In this document: one piece after another, positions 35,480 through 47,800 of the stretch
Numbering within the stretch: position 1 is the first letter of the stretch
Layout of the letters: every line of letters begins with the position of its first letter
NCBI GenBank assembly: GCA_032718475.1
Contig: JAUCBJ010005355.1
Coordinates: 8,333 to 72,332 of the forward strand
Origin: Nemertoderma westbladi
Lineage: Eukaryota > Animalia > Xenacoelomorpha
DNA length: 64,000 nucleotides
Reading direction: 5' to 3'
The notes under the pieces: generated by a model
Database searches by the model: none
Told to the model about the DNA's origin: nothing
The model's input: the letters and a program-made list of their open reading frames with translations, nothing else
Made by a program: the position numbers and the translations under genes

Positions 35480-35590
35480 AGTCAGATATGGGGACCATCA
35501 CCCATACCTACTCTGAAGCAGCACATGACCCACCATAGGCACTGAGGCTTATCTACTGCGCCATGCCCTATAGATAAGCTGCCATAGTAT
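35480..35590 (+). repeat. Dispersed repeat shared with about 52598-52700
   Basis: cagatatgg..ccatcacccatacctactctgaagc at both places. Confidence 0.6.
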
Positions 35591-36374
35591 TTTGTATCAG
35601 AGGTACTTAATACTTACGATTGAGTTGTTTTTCTTTTGTTTTTGTTTTTCTATTGTTATTATTCATTTATTTATCGTTTCATCTTCGTAGTATTCACGCA
35701 TTTCATTGTATAATTTTATAGTATAATAATTTTAAAGAATCAAATAAAGTGCTCCTTTACATCATATGTCTCTATCTTAATATTGTATTATTTCTACTTA
35801 TAATAAGTTATATTTCGTATTTTTCCTTTCCCATTAACCTTTATATAGAGTGGATGTTGTCCAGACTATTGATTGAACGTAATCGACAGTATTTAGTTGG
35901 TCATAATTTAGTGGCGCATAATTAATAATATATCCTATTTGTTTTCATGACAATAAACAATAATAATAATAACAATAATGCCCCTGCTGCCATGTGCAGG
36001 TCGCAGTGAAGTGCACTCACGTTGGAGAGGAGGATAGCACTCTTCTCCTGAACAGCCTTTGTTAGATCACCATCAGGCCATAGTATCACCTTCTGCAGCC
36101 GAGTGTGCGTGTCCTTAACCCAGGACCAAGGGCATCCCTATCCGAGAGCGAAAGGGGTCCGAATGGAGAGCATTTATCATACTGTTCTATTACATAATAT
36201 ATATTTAATTCACCGTCACTCCACCCCACAACAATAAATTTATTATAATTATTACTATAATTAGCTACCACCTTAGGTCACAGCATGAACCAGTGGAAAA
36301 TCAAATTATGTTAAATATAAATAAACCACCACAGTTATTGCAGAATCCCTTGTTATTGTTTTTGTTTGATTCTT

Positions 36375-36514
36375 CTAATACACATCTTTACTTGACTCAG
36401 GGCACAATCCGCAGGAATCCTTGCAGAATCGTTCCTGGTAGGTTGAACATATTATAGGTTCGTCAGCATCTGATGAGGGACAGGTGGTTGCCAGGTTGTA
36501 ACATCCAGGTGGGA
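36375..36514 (-). CDS. Host gene, probable last coding exon: third ShKT domain
   Basis: tttcag| phase-1 start; (I)PPGCYNLATTCPSSDADEPIICSTYQERFCKDSCGLCPESSKDVY* with six Cys and a CxxxCxxC end; AATAAA about 130 nt downstream. An alternative donor at 36391 is possible. Confidence 0.85.
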
Positions 36515-36736
36515 CTGAAATAAATAAACTTGTTAAATACATTATATCTCTGGAGGCAAATATAATGTAAAACTGAAATAATAATTTACTATTGAGAGCA
36601 GGGAAGGCACTGGGATCGAAAATAACGCGAACAATTTATTAGAGTTAATTATCACCTCATGTCAGGTGTTGTTTTTACAGGGATTTTTACAGAATCTATT
36701 ACCAACCCCGGATAACCTTATTTATCACCCAGTTAT

Positions 36737-36828
36737 TTAGTTATTTTACGAGTTATTTATCCGAGGGCAGTTAACAAACACGAGGTTTCGTTAACTCCCC
36801 GAGGATAAATAACTAGTAAAATAACTAA
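36737..36828. repeat. ~39-bp imperfect inverted repeat (MITE centre)
   Basis: ttagttattttacgagttatttatccgagggcagttaac ... gttaactccccgaggataaataactagtaaaataactaa. Confidence 0.7.
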
Positions 36829-38006
36829 TAAACCAGCGTATCCGGTTTCAGAGTGTCGCGGTGACAGGAAATTCGTATAGCCCCCGCCCGCATAGGTTAC
36901 ATACAATCTACAACCTCGAGTCGACCAAATCTTATGGGTCAAATGAGCTTGGATGTTGAGGGACAGGTGTGTTTTTACTCCTATTACCGTTCGAATTGTA
37001 ACTGCTAGCCAAAGTGACAATTCTAGGGACGAATTGGTCTGTGAGTTCTACACCCAGAATATGGACAATGGGCCCTCACAATCAATCTATCGAGGGGACA
37101 GAAAGATGTCAGTGAGGAAATTCACACCCGGTACCCCTCCATGAGCATGTGGGAGGGGGAGCAATACGCCAAGCTGCACAGCATCCTCACATAAAGCTGA
37201 ACCTCCTCAGGATGCGGAATTAAAAGTGAAACAGATATCAACAAAATGGTAAACTGCAAATTATAACGTTTTACATTTTCCATGCAGACACATTCAGTGC
37301 GTCATCTGTGGAAGAGGAGATAATCTTATCTAGGGGCTGCATGGATAGATAAGGCGGTGAGGTTTATCTAGGGAAGTGCAGGTAGAATCGGTAGCACAGG
37401 TCCAATTTGAGTGTCATCGTTCATGTTGAGGCAATAAATGCTGATGATACCTTTTATGCAAATACCAACCAAGCTACTGTCGTACTCTTGGAGCAGTGTG
37501 TTGGTAGAAGTTGCACTACAGTACTGTATGCGATGGTCAGAGAATGTCATCCTCCTGGAGGGCACCACCAATGGTATCTGGTGCACCAAGATGGTTAGGC
37601 GGGGTGGTACCGGTATGCGTCTCTGTGATAAAGGCATATCACGCCTGTTTGCCGGTGGTTGTAGTTCGCGCTGCTGCTGCCCACTGCAGTTTTGGAAATT
37701 TGGAAAACATACTTATTGTGTTTATTTAAGAAAACTTCACTCACTGCGCTACTGTAGCTTGGACCATAATTAGACCCAAGTAGTGATGGTAAAAGGTGCG
37801 CTGCCTTTCAAACAATGATGTAGTAATCATTGATTTTTGTCAACAAACTTCCTGGAAAAGCCTTCTGTCAAACACAGTATGACAGAACATACCGCTTCGA
37901 TTATTGCATAATTTTTGGTAAATTTTATTTTATATAAGTACTTATGCTCATTAAATGTTAATGTAAGTTTTGGTAAATATAATATAATTTAGGATGGAAA
38001 ACTTAC

Positions 38007-38135
38007 TCTTCATCTGACATAGATTGCATTTGACTGGGCACCGGTGCCAGGCATAATACTGTTTCTCTTTGTTGTCAGCATGGCAATCAACATCACCGCA
38101 GTCTGTGGTGTCGAAGCATCCGTGAACCTCCGGAG
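38007..38135 (-). CDS. Host gene exon: second ShKT domain
   Basis: ttccag| ... |gtaagt, phase 1-1; (A)PEVHGCFDTTDCGDVDCHADNKEKQYYAWHRCPVKCNLCQMK. Confidence 0.9.
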
Positions 38136-38171
38136 CTGGAAACAAAATATTTGTTTTTGAATAATTTGTTC

Positions 38172-40195
38172 TCAATATCTACCCAACACCGTGTTGTTAG
38201 TGCCAATCAATATCTACCCAACACCGTGTTGTTAGTGCCAATCAATATCTACCCAACACCGTGTTGTTAGTGCCAATCAATATCTACCCAACTCCATGTT
38301 GTTAGTGTCAATAAAATATCTACCCAACTGTTGTTAGTGTCAATAAATTTCTACCCATCTGTTGTTAGTGTCAATCAATATCTACCCAACTCCATGTTGT
38401 TGGTGTCAATCAATATCTACCCAACTGTTGTTAGTGTCAATCAATTTCTACCCAACACCGTGTTGTTAGTGTCAATCAATATCTACCCAACACCGTGTTG
38501 TTAGTGCCAATCAATATCTACCCAACTGTTGCTAGTGTCAATCAATATCTACCCATCTGTTGTTAGTGTCAATCAATATCTACCCAACTGTTGTTAGTGT
38601 CAATCAATATCTACTCAACACCGTGTTGTTAGTGATAATCAATATCTACCCAACAGTTGTTAGTGCCAATCAATATCTACCGAACACCGTGTTGTTAGTG
38701 TCAATCAATATCTACCCAACACCGTGTTGTTAGTGCCAATCAATATCTTCCCAACTCCGTGTTGTTAGTGTCATTCAATATCTACCCAACTGTTGTTAGT
38801 GTCAATCAATATCTACCCAACTGTTGTTAGTGTCAATCAATTTCTACCCAACTGTTGTTAGTGTCAATCAATATCTACCCAACTGTTGTTTGTGTCAATC
38901 AATATCTACCCAACTGTTGTTTGTGTCAATCAATATCTACCCAACTGTTGTTAGTGTCAATCAATATCTACCCAACTGTTGTTAGTGTCAATCAATTTCT
39001 ACCCAACTGTTGTTAGTGTCAATCAATATCTACCCAACTGTTGTTAGTGTCAATCAATTTCTACCCAACTGTTGTTAGTGTCAATCAATATCTACCCAAC
39101 TGTTGTTAGTGTCAATCAATATCTACCCAACTGTTGTTAGTGTCAATCAATATCTACCCAACTGTTGTTAGTGTCAATCAATATCTACCCAACTCCATGT
39201 TGTTAGTGCCAATCAATATCTACCCAACACCGTGTTGTTAGTGTCAATCAATATCTACCCAACACCGTGTTGTTAGTGTCAATCAATACCTACCCAACTC
39301 CATGTTGTTAGTGCCAATCAATATCTACCCAACACCGTGTTGTTAGTGTCAATCAATATCTACCCAACACCGTGTTGTTAGTGTCAATCAATATCTACCC
39401 AACTGTTGTTAGTGTCAATCAATATCTACCCAACTCCATGTTGTTAGTGCCAATCAATATCTACCCAACACCGTGTTGTTAGTGTCAATCAATATCTACC
39501 CAACTGTTGTTAGTGTCAATCAATATCTACCCAACTCCATGTTGTTAGTGCCAATCAATATCTACCCAACACCGTGTTGTTAGTGTCAATCAATATCTAC
39601 CCAACTGTTGTTAGTGTCAATCAATTTCTACCCAACTGTTGTTAGTGTCAATCAATATCTACCCAACTGTTGTTAGTGTCAATCAATATCTACCCAACTG
39701 TTTTTAGTGTCAATCAATATCTACCCAACTGTTGTTAGTGTCAATCAATATCTACCCAACTACATGTTGTTAGTGCCAATCAATATCTACCCAACACCGT
39801 GTTGTTAGTGTCAATCAATATCTACCCAACACCGTGTTGTTAGTGTCAATCAATATCTACACAACTGTTGTTAGTGTCAATCAATATCTACCCAACTCCA
39901 TGTTGTAAGTGCCAATCAATATCTACCCAACACCGTGTTGTTAGTGTCAATCAATATCTACCCAACTGTTGTTAGTGTCAATCAATATCTACCCAACTCC
40001 ATGTTGTTAGTGACAATCAATATCTACCCAACACCGTGTTGTTAGTGTCAATCAATATCTACCCAACACCGTGTTGTTAGTGTCAATCAATATCTACCCA
40101 ACTGTTGTTAGTGTCAATCAATATCTACCCAACTCCGTGTTGTTAGTGTCAATCAATATCTACCCAACTCCATGTTGTTAGTGCCAATCAATATC
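38172..40195. repeat. Intronic minisatellite with mixed 31- and 35-bp units, ~60 copies
   Basis: gtcaatcaatatctacccaac(accg)tgttgttagt. Confidence 0.97.
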
Positions 40196-40202
40196 AATCT
40201 AA

Positions 40203-40360
40203 AAGCGCCGGACCTGCAATCTATTGGTTGTTGGTTCAGCCCCGCCAGGGTCCACTCAGCCATTCATCCACAGGGATCGATAAAATCAGTACCAGTTAAA
40301 TTACTTGGAGCAAAACAAGGGATAGTAGCGCACACCCCATTGATATGGTGCTTAGCAACT
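40203..40360 (+). mobile_element. SINE fragment with Nin/Deu-like core
   Basis: B-box-like ggttcagcccc followed by ccactcagccattcatccacagggatcgataaaatcagtaccag. Confidence 0.65.
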
Positions 40361-40536
40361 AGGTTGTTATTTCAAAATACCCAAAGTCAAAAATGTGATA
40401 ATTTCGAAAAAGAACTATAGAACTAAAAACATCAAAAAAATTAAATCCGTCCAAACATTTTCGGTATACCTTTAATGCCGGACTATAACGTTTATAGTTT
40501 GTTTTTAGTAGCTGCACTGTAAAACAACTTACTCAC

Positions 40537-40674
40537 CTTCGGTATCCAAATTTGAACATTTGCTAATTCGACAAGCTTTGGGACAGTGTCTAAACATATA
40601 CTGTGGGTTTACCCTGCACTCCCCCTTATTATTGGCCCAATGATTGCAGGTGTTTGATGAATCAATGCATACTT
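40537..40674 (-). CDS. Host gene exon: first ShKT domain
   Basis: ttctag| ... |gtgagt, phase 1-1; (E)VCIDSSNTCNHWANNKGECRVNPQYMFRHCPKACRISKCSNLDTE, a classic ShKT pattern. Not in the ORF track. Confidence 0.93.
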
Positions 40675-40840
40675 CTAGAAGGGAAGGTAAATATATATAT
40701 ATTTATTTAGTCCTATGGTAAATATTATATTTAGTGCAGCCAGGTCCCACCTTGGTGTAGTGTTCGCATTGAATTCACATCTCGTGGAGGTCGGGTGTTC
40801 AATGCTGGTGCAGAGCAGACTTCGATTCGCCACGAATGCT

Positions 40841-41100
40841 TTAACCCTATTAGTACCGGGCTATAAAATGCCGTACAAATACCGGGGGGGGGGGGGGGGG
40901 GTCATATTGACCCCCCCCCCCCCCCATCTCTAAAAAAATCGGAAAATTTTAACGAAACCGTCTGATTTCTTGTTTGTACGTAGATTTCACTAGTTTGAAT
41001 CCGACCGAAATAAAAAATTTCGAAAAAATGTACTGGGGTGGTTATTTTGAATCACCAAAATTACAAGTAGTGAACAATTTTCATGAAATTTAAAAGTTAC
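40841..41100 (+). mobile_element. piggyBac-like non-autonomous element end (fragment)
   Basis: TTAA-CCCT start and a polyG-tcatattga-polyC hairpin; matching AGGG-TTAA end not found. Confidence 0.45.
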
Positions 41101-41710
41101 AATTTTCGGCTAATTGTTTTTGAATACAGGTGTTCTGGGGCGCAAAAGTTGTCAAGTTGTTTTCTGCTTACAACAGGGACTCTCCTTTGGAATCCCTAAT
41201 TATTATTACCGCAGATATGTAACATCTTATTTAGAAACCCAAAGTACAATTTAAAAATGTTTTCAGGGATATTCCAAAATGTAGACTAATCTTGGGGGAC
41301 CACTTTCACTTTATTTGACAATTCATACTTCGGAAGCAGTGTATACCAGAGCATATTTATTACTCTAATTCTAGAACTCATAGCAACAAGATAAGAACAG
41401 AGCAGTGTAATTGGCCAGATTGGCACTGTTATTGATGGGCTTTTATCTTGTTTTAATTGATTATTTTATTACCATTTTATATATTATAATTAATAGTAAT
41501 AATATAATCCAGTAATAGTATAGTAAATATAATCCAGATAATGAAATGAATGTAAATAGTTATAATTTGAACATAAATGTAGACGTTTTTAATGATAGAA
41601 TGTATGGAATGTTGAATTTATGGAGGAAATATAATAATTCATAATTAACCAATCGAGATGTTTTAGGTCCTTATTAGGTCACTATATTTTAATTTATCTG
41701 TAAATTTTAC

Positions 41711-41828
41711 CTTGTTCTGTATCAGGATCTGGTTCAGGAATGCAGTTCCCCTTTCCATCGTCGATGTATTTACAACCACAAACTATAAGGTTGTGGTCAA
41801 TAGAACAGGTTGAGTGAGGCCCACATAT
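41711..41828 (-). CDS. Host gene exon: EGF-like module
   Basis: ttttag| ... |gtaaaa, phase 0-1; ICGPHSTCSIDHNLIVCGCKYIDDGKGNCIPEPDPDTEQ. Not in the ORF track. Confidence 0.88.
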
Positions 41829-44800
41829 CTAAAATACAAGGTACCTTACGGAGTAGATTGAGTGAGGTCCCCCTATCTAAAATACAAGGAACCTTACGGA
41901 GTAGATTGTGTGAGGTTCACATATCTAAAATACAAGGAACCTTACGGAGTAGATTGAGTGAGGTCCACATATCTAAAATACAAGGAACCTTACGGAGTAG
42001 ATTGAGTGAGGTCCACATATCTAAAATACAAGGAACCTTACGGAGTAGATTGAGTGAGGTCCACATATCTAAATTACCAGGAACCTTATGGAGTAGATGG
42101 AGTGAGGTCCACATATCTAAAATACAAGGAACCTTACGGAGTAGATTGAGTGAGGTCCACATATCTAAAATACAAGGAACCTTACGGAGTAGATTGAGTG
42201 AGGTCCACATATCTAAAATACAAGGAACCTTACGGAGTAGATTGAGTGAGGTCCACATATCTAAAATACAAGGAACCTTACGGAGTAGATTGAGTGAGGT
42301 CCACATATCTAAATTACAAGGAACCTTATGGAGTAGATTGAGTGAGGTCCACATATCTAAAATACAAGGAACCTTATGGAGTAGATTGAGTGAGGTCCAC
42401 ATATCTAAAATACAAGGAACCTTACGGAGTAGATTGAGTGAGGTCCACATATCTAAAATACAAGGAACCTTGCGGAGTAGATTGAGTGAGGTCCACATAT
42501 CTAAAATACAAGGAACCTTGCGGAGTAGATTGAGTGAGGTCCACATATCTAAAATACAAGGAACCTTATGGAGTAGATGGAGTGAGGTCCACATATCTAA
42601 AATACAAGGAATCTTATGGAGTAGATGGAGTGAGGTCCACATATCTAAAATACAAGGAACCATACGGAGAAGATTGAGTGAGGTCCTCATATCTAAAATA
42701 CAAGGAACCTTATGGAGTAGATGGAGTGAGGTCCACATATCTAAAATACAAGGAACCTTACGGAGTAGATTGAGTGAGGTCCACATATCTAAAATACAAG
42801 GAACCTTACGGAGTAGATTGAGTGAGGTCCACATATCTAAAATACAAGGAATCTTATGGAGTAGATGGAGTGAGGTCCTCATATCTAAAATACAAGGAAT
42901 CTTACGGAGTAGATTGAGTGAGGTCCACATATCTAAAATACAAGGAACCTTATGGAGTAGATGGAGTGAGGTCCACATATCTAAAATACAAGGAATCTTA
43001 TGGAGTAGATTGAGTGAGGTCCACATATCTAAAATACAAGGAACCTTATGGAGTAGATGGAGTGAGGTCCACATATCTAAAATACAAGGAACCTTATGGA
43101 GTAGATTGAGTGAGGTCCACATATCTAAAATACAAGGAACCTTATGGAGTAGATTGAGTGAGGTCCACATATCTAAAATACAAGGAACCTTACGGAGTAG
43201 ATTGAGTGAGGTCCACATATCTAAAATACAAGGAACCTTATGGAGTAGATGGAGTGAGGTCCACATATCTAAAATACAAGGAACCTTACGGAGTAGATTG
43301 AGTGAGGTCCACATATCTAAAATACAAGGAACCATACGGAGAAGATTGAGTGAGGTCCTCATATCTAAAATACAAGGAACCTTATGGAGTAGATGGAGTG
43401 AGGTCCACATATCTAAAATACAAGGAACCTTGCGGGGTAGATTGAGTGAGGTCCACATATCTAAAATACAAGGAACCTTATGGAGTAGATGGAGTGAGGT
43501 CCACATATCTAAAATACAAGGAACCTTATGGAGTAGATGGAGTGAGGTCCTCATATCTAAAATACAAGGAACCTTACGGAGTAGATTGAGTGAGGTCCAC
43601 ATATCTAAAATACAAGGAACCTTATGGAGTAGATGGAGTGAGGTCCACATATCTAAAATACAAGGAACCATACGGAGTAGATTGAGTGAGGTCCACATAT
43701 CTAAAATACAAGGAACCTTGCGGAGTAGATTGAGTGAGGTCCACATATCTAAAATACAAGGAACCTTACGGAGTAGATTGAGTGAGGTCCACATATCTAA
43801 AATACAAGGAACCTTACGGAGTAGATTGAGTGAGGTCCACATATCTAAAATACAAGGAATCTTATGGAGTAGATGGAGTGAGGTCCTCATATCTAAAATA
43901 CAAGGAACCTTACGGAGTAGATTGAGTGAGGTCCTCATATCTAAAATACAAGGAACCTTATGGAGTAGATGGAGTGAGGTCCACATATCTAAAATACAAG
44001 GAACCTTACGGAGTAGATTGAGTGAGGTCCACATATCTAAAATACAAGGAACCTTACGGAGTAGATTGAGTGAGGTCCACATATCTAAAATACAAGGAAC
44101 CTTACGGAGTAGATTGAGTGAGGTCCACATATCTAAAATACAAGGAACCTTACGGAGTAGATTGAGTGAGGTCCACATATCTAAAATACAAGGAACCTTA
44201 CGGAGTAGATTGAGTGAGGTCCACATATCTAAAATACAAGGAACCTTACGGAGTAGATTGAGTGAGGTCCACATATCTAAAATACAAGGAACCTTACGGA
44301 GTAGATTGAGTGAGGTCCACATATCTAAAATACAAGGAACCTTACGGAGTAGATTGAGTGAGGTCCACATATCTAAAATACAAGGAACCTTATGGAGTAG
44401 ATTGAGTGAGGTCCACATATCTAAAATACAAGGAACCTTATGGAGTAGATGGAGTGAGGTCCACATATCTAAAATACAAGGAACCTTATGGAGTAGATTG
44501 AGTGAGGTCCACATATCTAAAATACAAGGAACCTTATGGAGTAGATTGAGTGAGGTCCACATATCTAAAATACAAGGAACCTTACGGAGTAGATTGAGTG
44601 AGGTCCACATATCTAAAATACAAGGAACCTTATGGAGTAGATTGAGTGAGGTCCACATATCTAAAATACAAGGAACCTTATGGAGTAGATTGAGTGAGGT
44701 CCACATATCTAAAATACAAGGAACCTTATGGAGTAGATGGAGTGAGGTCCTCATATCTAAAATACAAGGAACCTTACGGAGTAGATGGAGTGAGGTCCAC

Positions 44801-47800
44801 ATATCTAAAATACAAGGAACCTTACGGAGTAGATTGAGTGAGGTCCACATATCTAAAATACAAGGAACCTTATGGAGTAGATTGAGTGAGGTCCTCATAT
44901 CTAAAATACAAGGAACCTTATGGAGTAGATTGAGTGAGGTCCTCATATCTAAAATACAAGGAACCTTACGGAGTAGATGGAGTGAGGTCCACATATCTAA
45001 AATACAAGGAACCTTACGGAGTAGATTGAGTGAGGTCCACATATCTAAAATACAAGGAACCTTATGGAGTAGATTGAGTGAGGTCCTCATATCTAAAATA
45101 CAAGGAACCTTATGGAGTAGATTGAGTGAGGTCCACATATCTAAAATACAAGGAACCTTATGGAGTAGATTGAGTGAGGTCCTCATATCTAAAATACAAG
45201 GAACCTTATGGAGTAGATTGAGTGAGGTCCACATATCTAAAATACAAGGAACCTTACGGAGTAGATGGAGTGAGGTCCACATATCTAAAATACAAGGAAC
45301 CTTACGGAGTAGATTGAGTGAGGTCCACATATCTAAAATACAAGGAACCTTATGGAGTAGATTGAGTGAGGTCCTCATATCTAAAATACAAGGAACCTTA
45401 TGGAGTAGATTGAGTGAGGTCCACATATCTAAAATACAAGGAATCTTATGGAGTAGATTGAGTGAGGTCCACATATCTAAAATACAAGGAACCTTACGGA
45501 GTAGATGGAGTGAGGTCCACATATCTAAAATACAAGGAATCTTATGGAGTAGATGGAGTGAGGTCCACATATCTAAAATACAAGGAACCATACGGAGTAG
45601 ATTGAGTGAGGTCCTCATATCTAAAATACAAGGAACCTTGCGGAGTAGATTGAGTGAGGTCCACATATCTAAAATACAAGGAACCTTACGGAGTAGATGG
45701 AGTGAGGTCCACATATCTAAAATACAAGGAACCTTATGGAGTAGATTGAGTGAGGTCCACATATCTAAAATACAAGGAACCTTACGGAGTAGATGGAGTG
45801 AGGTCCACATATCTAAAATACAAGGAATCTTATGGAGTAGATGGAGTGAGGTCCACATATCTAAAATACAAGGAACCATACGGAGTAGATTGAGTGAGGT
45901 CCTCATATCTAAAATACAAGGAACCTTGCGGACTAGATTGAGTGAGGTCCACATATCTAAAATACCAGGAACCTTATGGAGTAGATTGAGTGAGGTCCTC
46001 ATATCTAAAATACAAGGAATCTTATGGAGTAGATGGAGTGAGGTCCACATATCTAAAATACAAGGAACCTTACTGAGTAGATTGAGTGAGGTCCTCATAT
46101 CTAAAATACAAGGAACCTAACGTAGTAGATTGAGTGAGGTCCTCATATCTAAAATACAAGGAACCTTGCGGAGTAGATTGAGTGAGGTCCTCATATCTAA
46201 AATACAAGGAACCTAACGTAGTAGATTGAGTGAGGTCCTCATATCTAAAATACAAGGAACCTAACGTAGTAGATTGAGTGAGGTCCTCATATCTAAAATA
46301 CAAGGAACCTTGCGGAGTAGATTGAGTGAGGTCCTCATATCTAAAATACAAGGAACCTAACGTAGTAGATTGAGTGAGGTCCACATATCTAAAATACAAG
46401 GAACCATACGGAGTAGATTGAGTGAGGTCCACATATCTAAAATACAAGGAACCTTACTGAGTAGATTGAGTGAGGTCCTCATATCTAAAATACAAGGAAC
46501 CTAACGTAGTAGATTGAGTGAGGTCCACATATCTAAAATACAAGGAACCATACGGAGTAGATTGAGTGAGGTCCACATATCTAAAATACAAGGAACCTTA
46601 TGGAGTAGATTGAGTGAGGTCCACATATCTAAAATACAAGGAATCTTATGGAGTAGATGGAGTGAGGTCCACATATCTAAAATACAAGGAACCTTACTGA
46701 GTAGATTGAGTGAGGTCCTCATATCTAAAATACAAGGAACCTAACGTAGTAGATTGAGTGAGGTCCTCATATCTAAAATACAAGGAACCTTGCGGAGTAG
46801 ATTGAGTGAGGTCCACATATCTAAAATACAAGGAACCTTATGGAGTAGATTGAGTGAGGTCCACATATCTAAAATACAAGGAACCTTATGGAGTAGATGG
46901 AGTGAGGTCCACATATCTAAAATACAAGGAACCTTATGGAGTAGATGGAGTGAGGTCCTCATATCTAAAATACAAGGAACCTTATGGAGTAGATTGAGTG
47001 AGGTCCACATATCTAAAATACAAGGAACCTTATGGAGTAGATGGAGTGAGGTCCACATATCTAAAATACAAGGAACCTTACGGAGTAGATGGAGTGAGGT
47101 CCACATATCTAAAATACAAGGAACCTTACGGAGTAGATTGAGTGAGGTCCACATATCTAAAATACAAGGAACCATACGGAGAAGATTGAGTGAGGTCCTC
47201 ATATCTAAAATACAAGGAACCTTATGGAGTAGATTGAGTGAGGTCCACATATCTAAAATACAAGGAACCTTATGGAGTAGATGGAGTGAGGTCCTCATAT
47301 CTAAAATACAAGGAACCTTATGGAGTAGATTGAGTGAGGTCCACATATCTAAAATACAAGGAACCTTATGGAGTAGATGGAGTGAGGTCCACATATCTAA
47401 AATACAAGGAACCTTACGGAGTAGATTGAGTGAGGTCCACATATCTAAAATACAAGGAACCTTACGGAGTAGATTGAGTGAGGTCCACATATCTAAAATA
47501 CAAGGAACCTTATGGAGTAGATTGAGTGAGGTCCACATATCTAAAATACAAGGAACCTTACGGAGTAGATTGAGTGAGGTCCACATATCTAAAATACAAG
47601 GAACCATACGGAGAAGATTGAGTGAGGTCCTCATATCTAAAATACAAGGAACCTTACGGAGTAGATTGAGTGAGGTCCACATATCTAAAATACAAGGAAC
47701 CTTATGGAGTAGATGGAGTGAGGTCCACATATCTAAAATACAAGGAACCTTATGGAGTAGATGGAGTGAGGTCCACATATCTAAAATACAAGGAACCATA

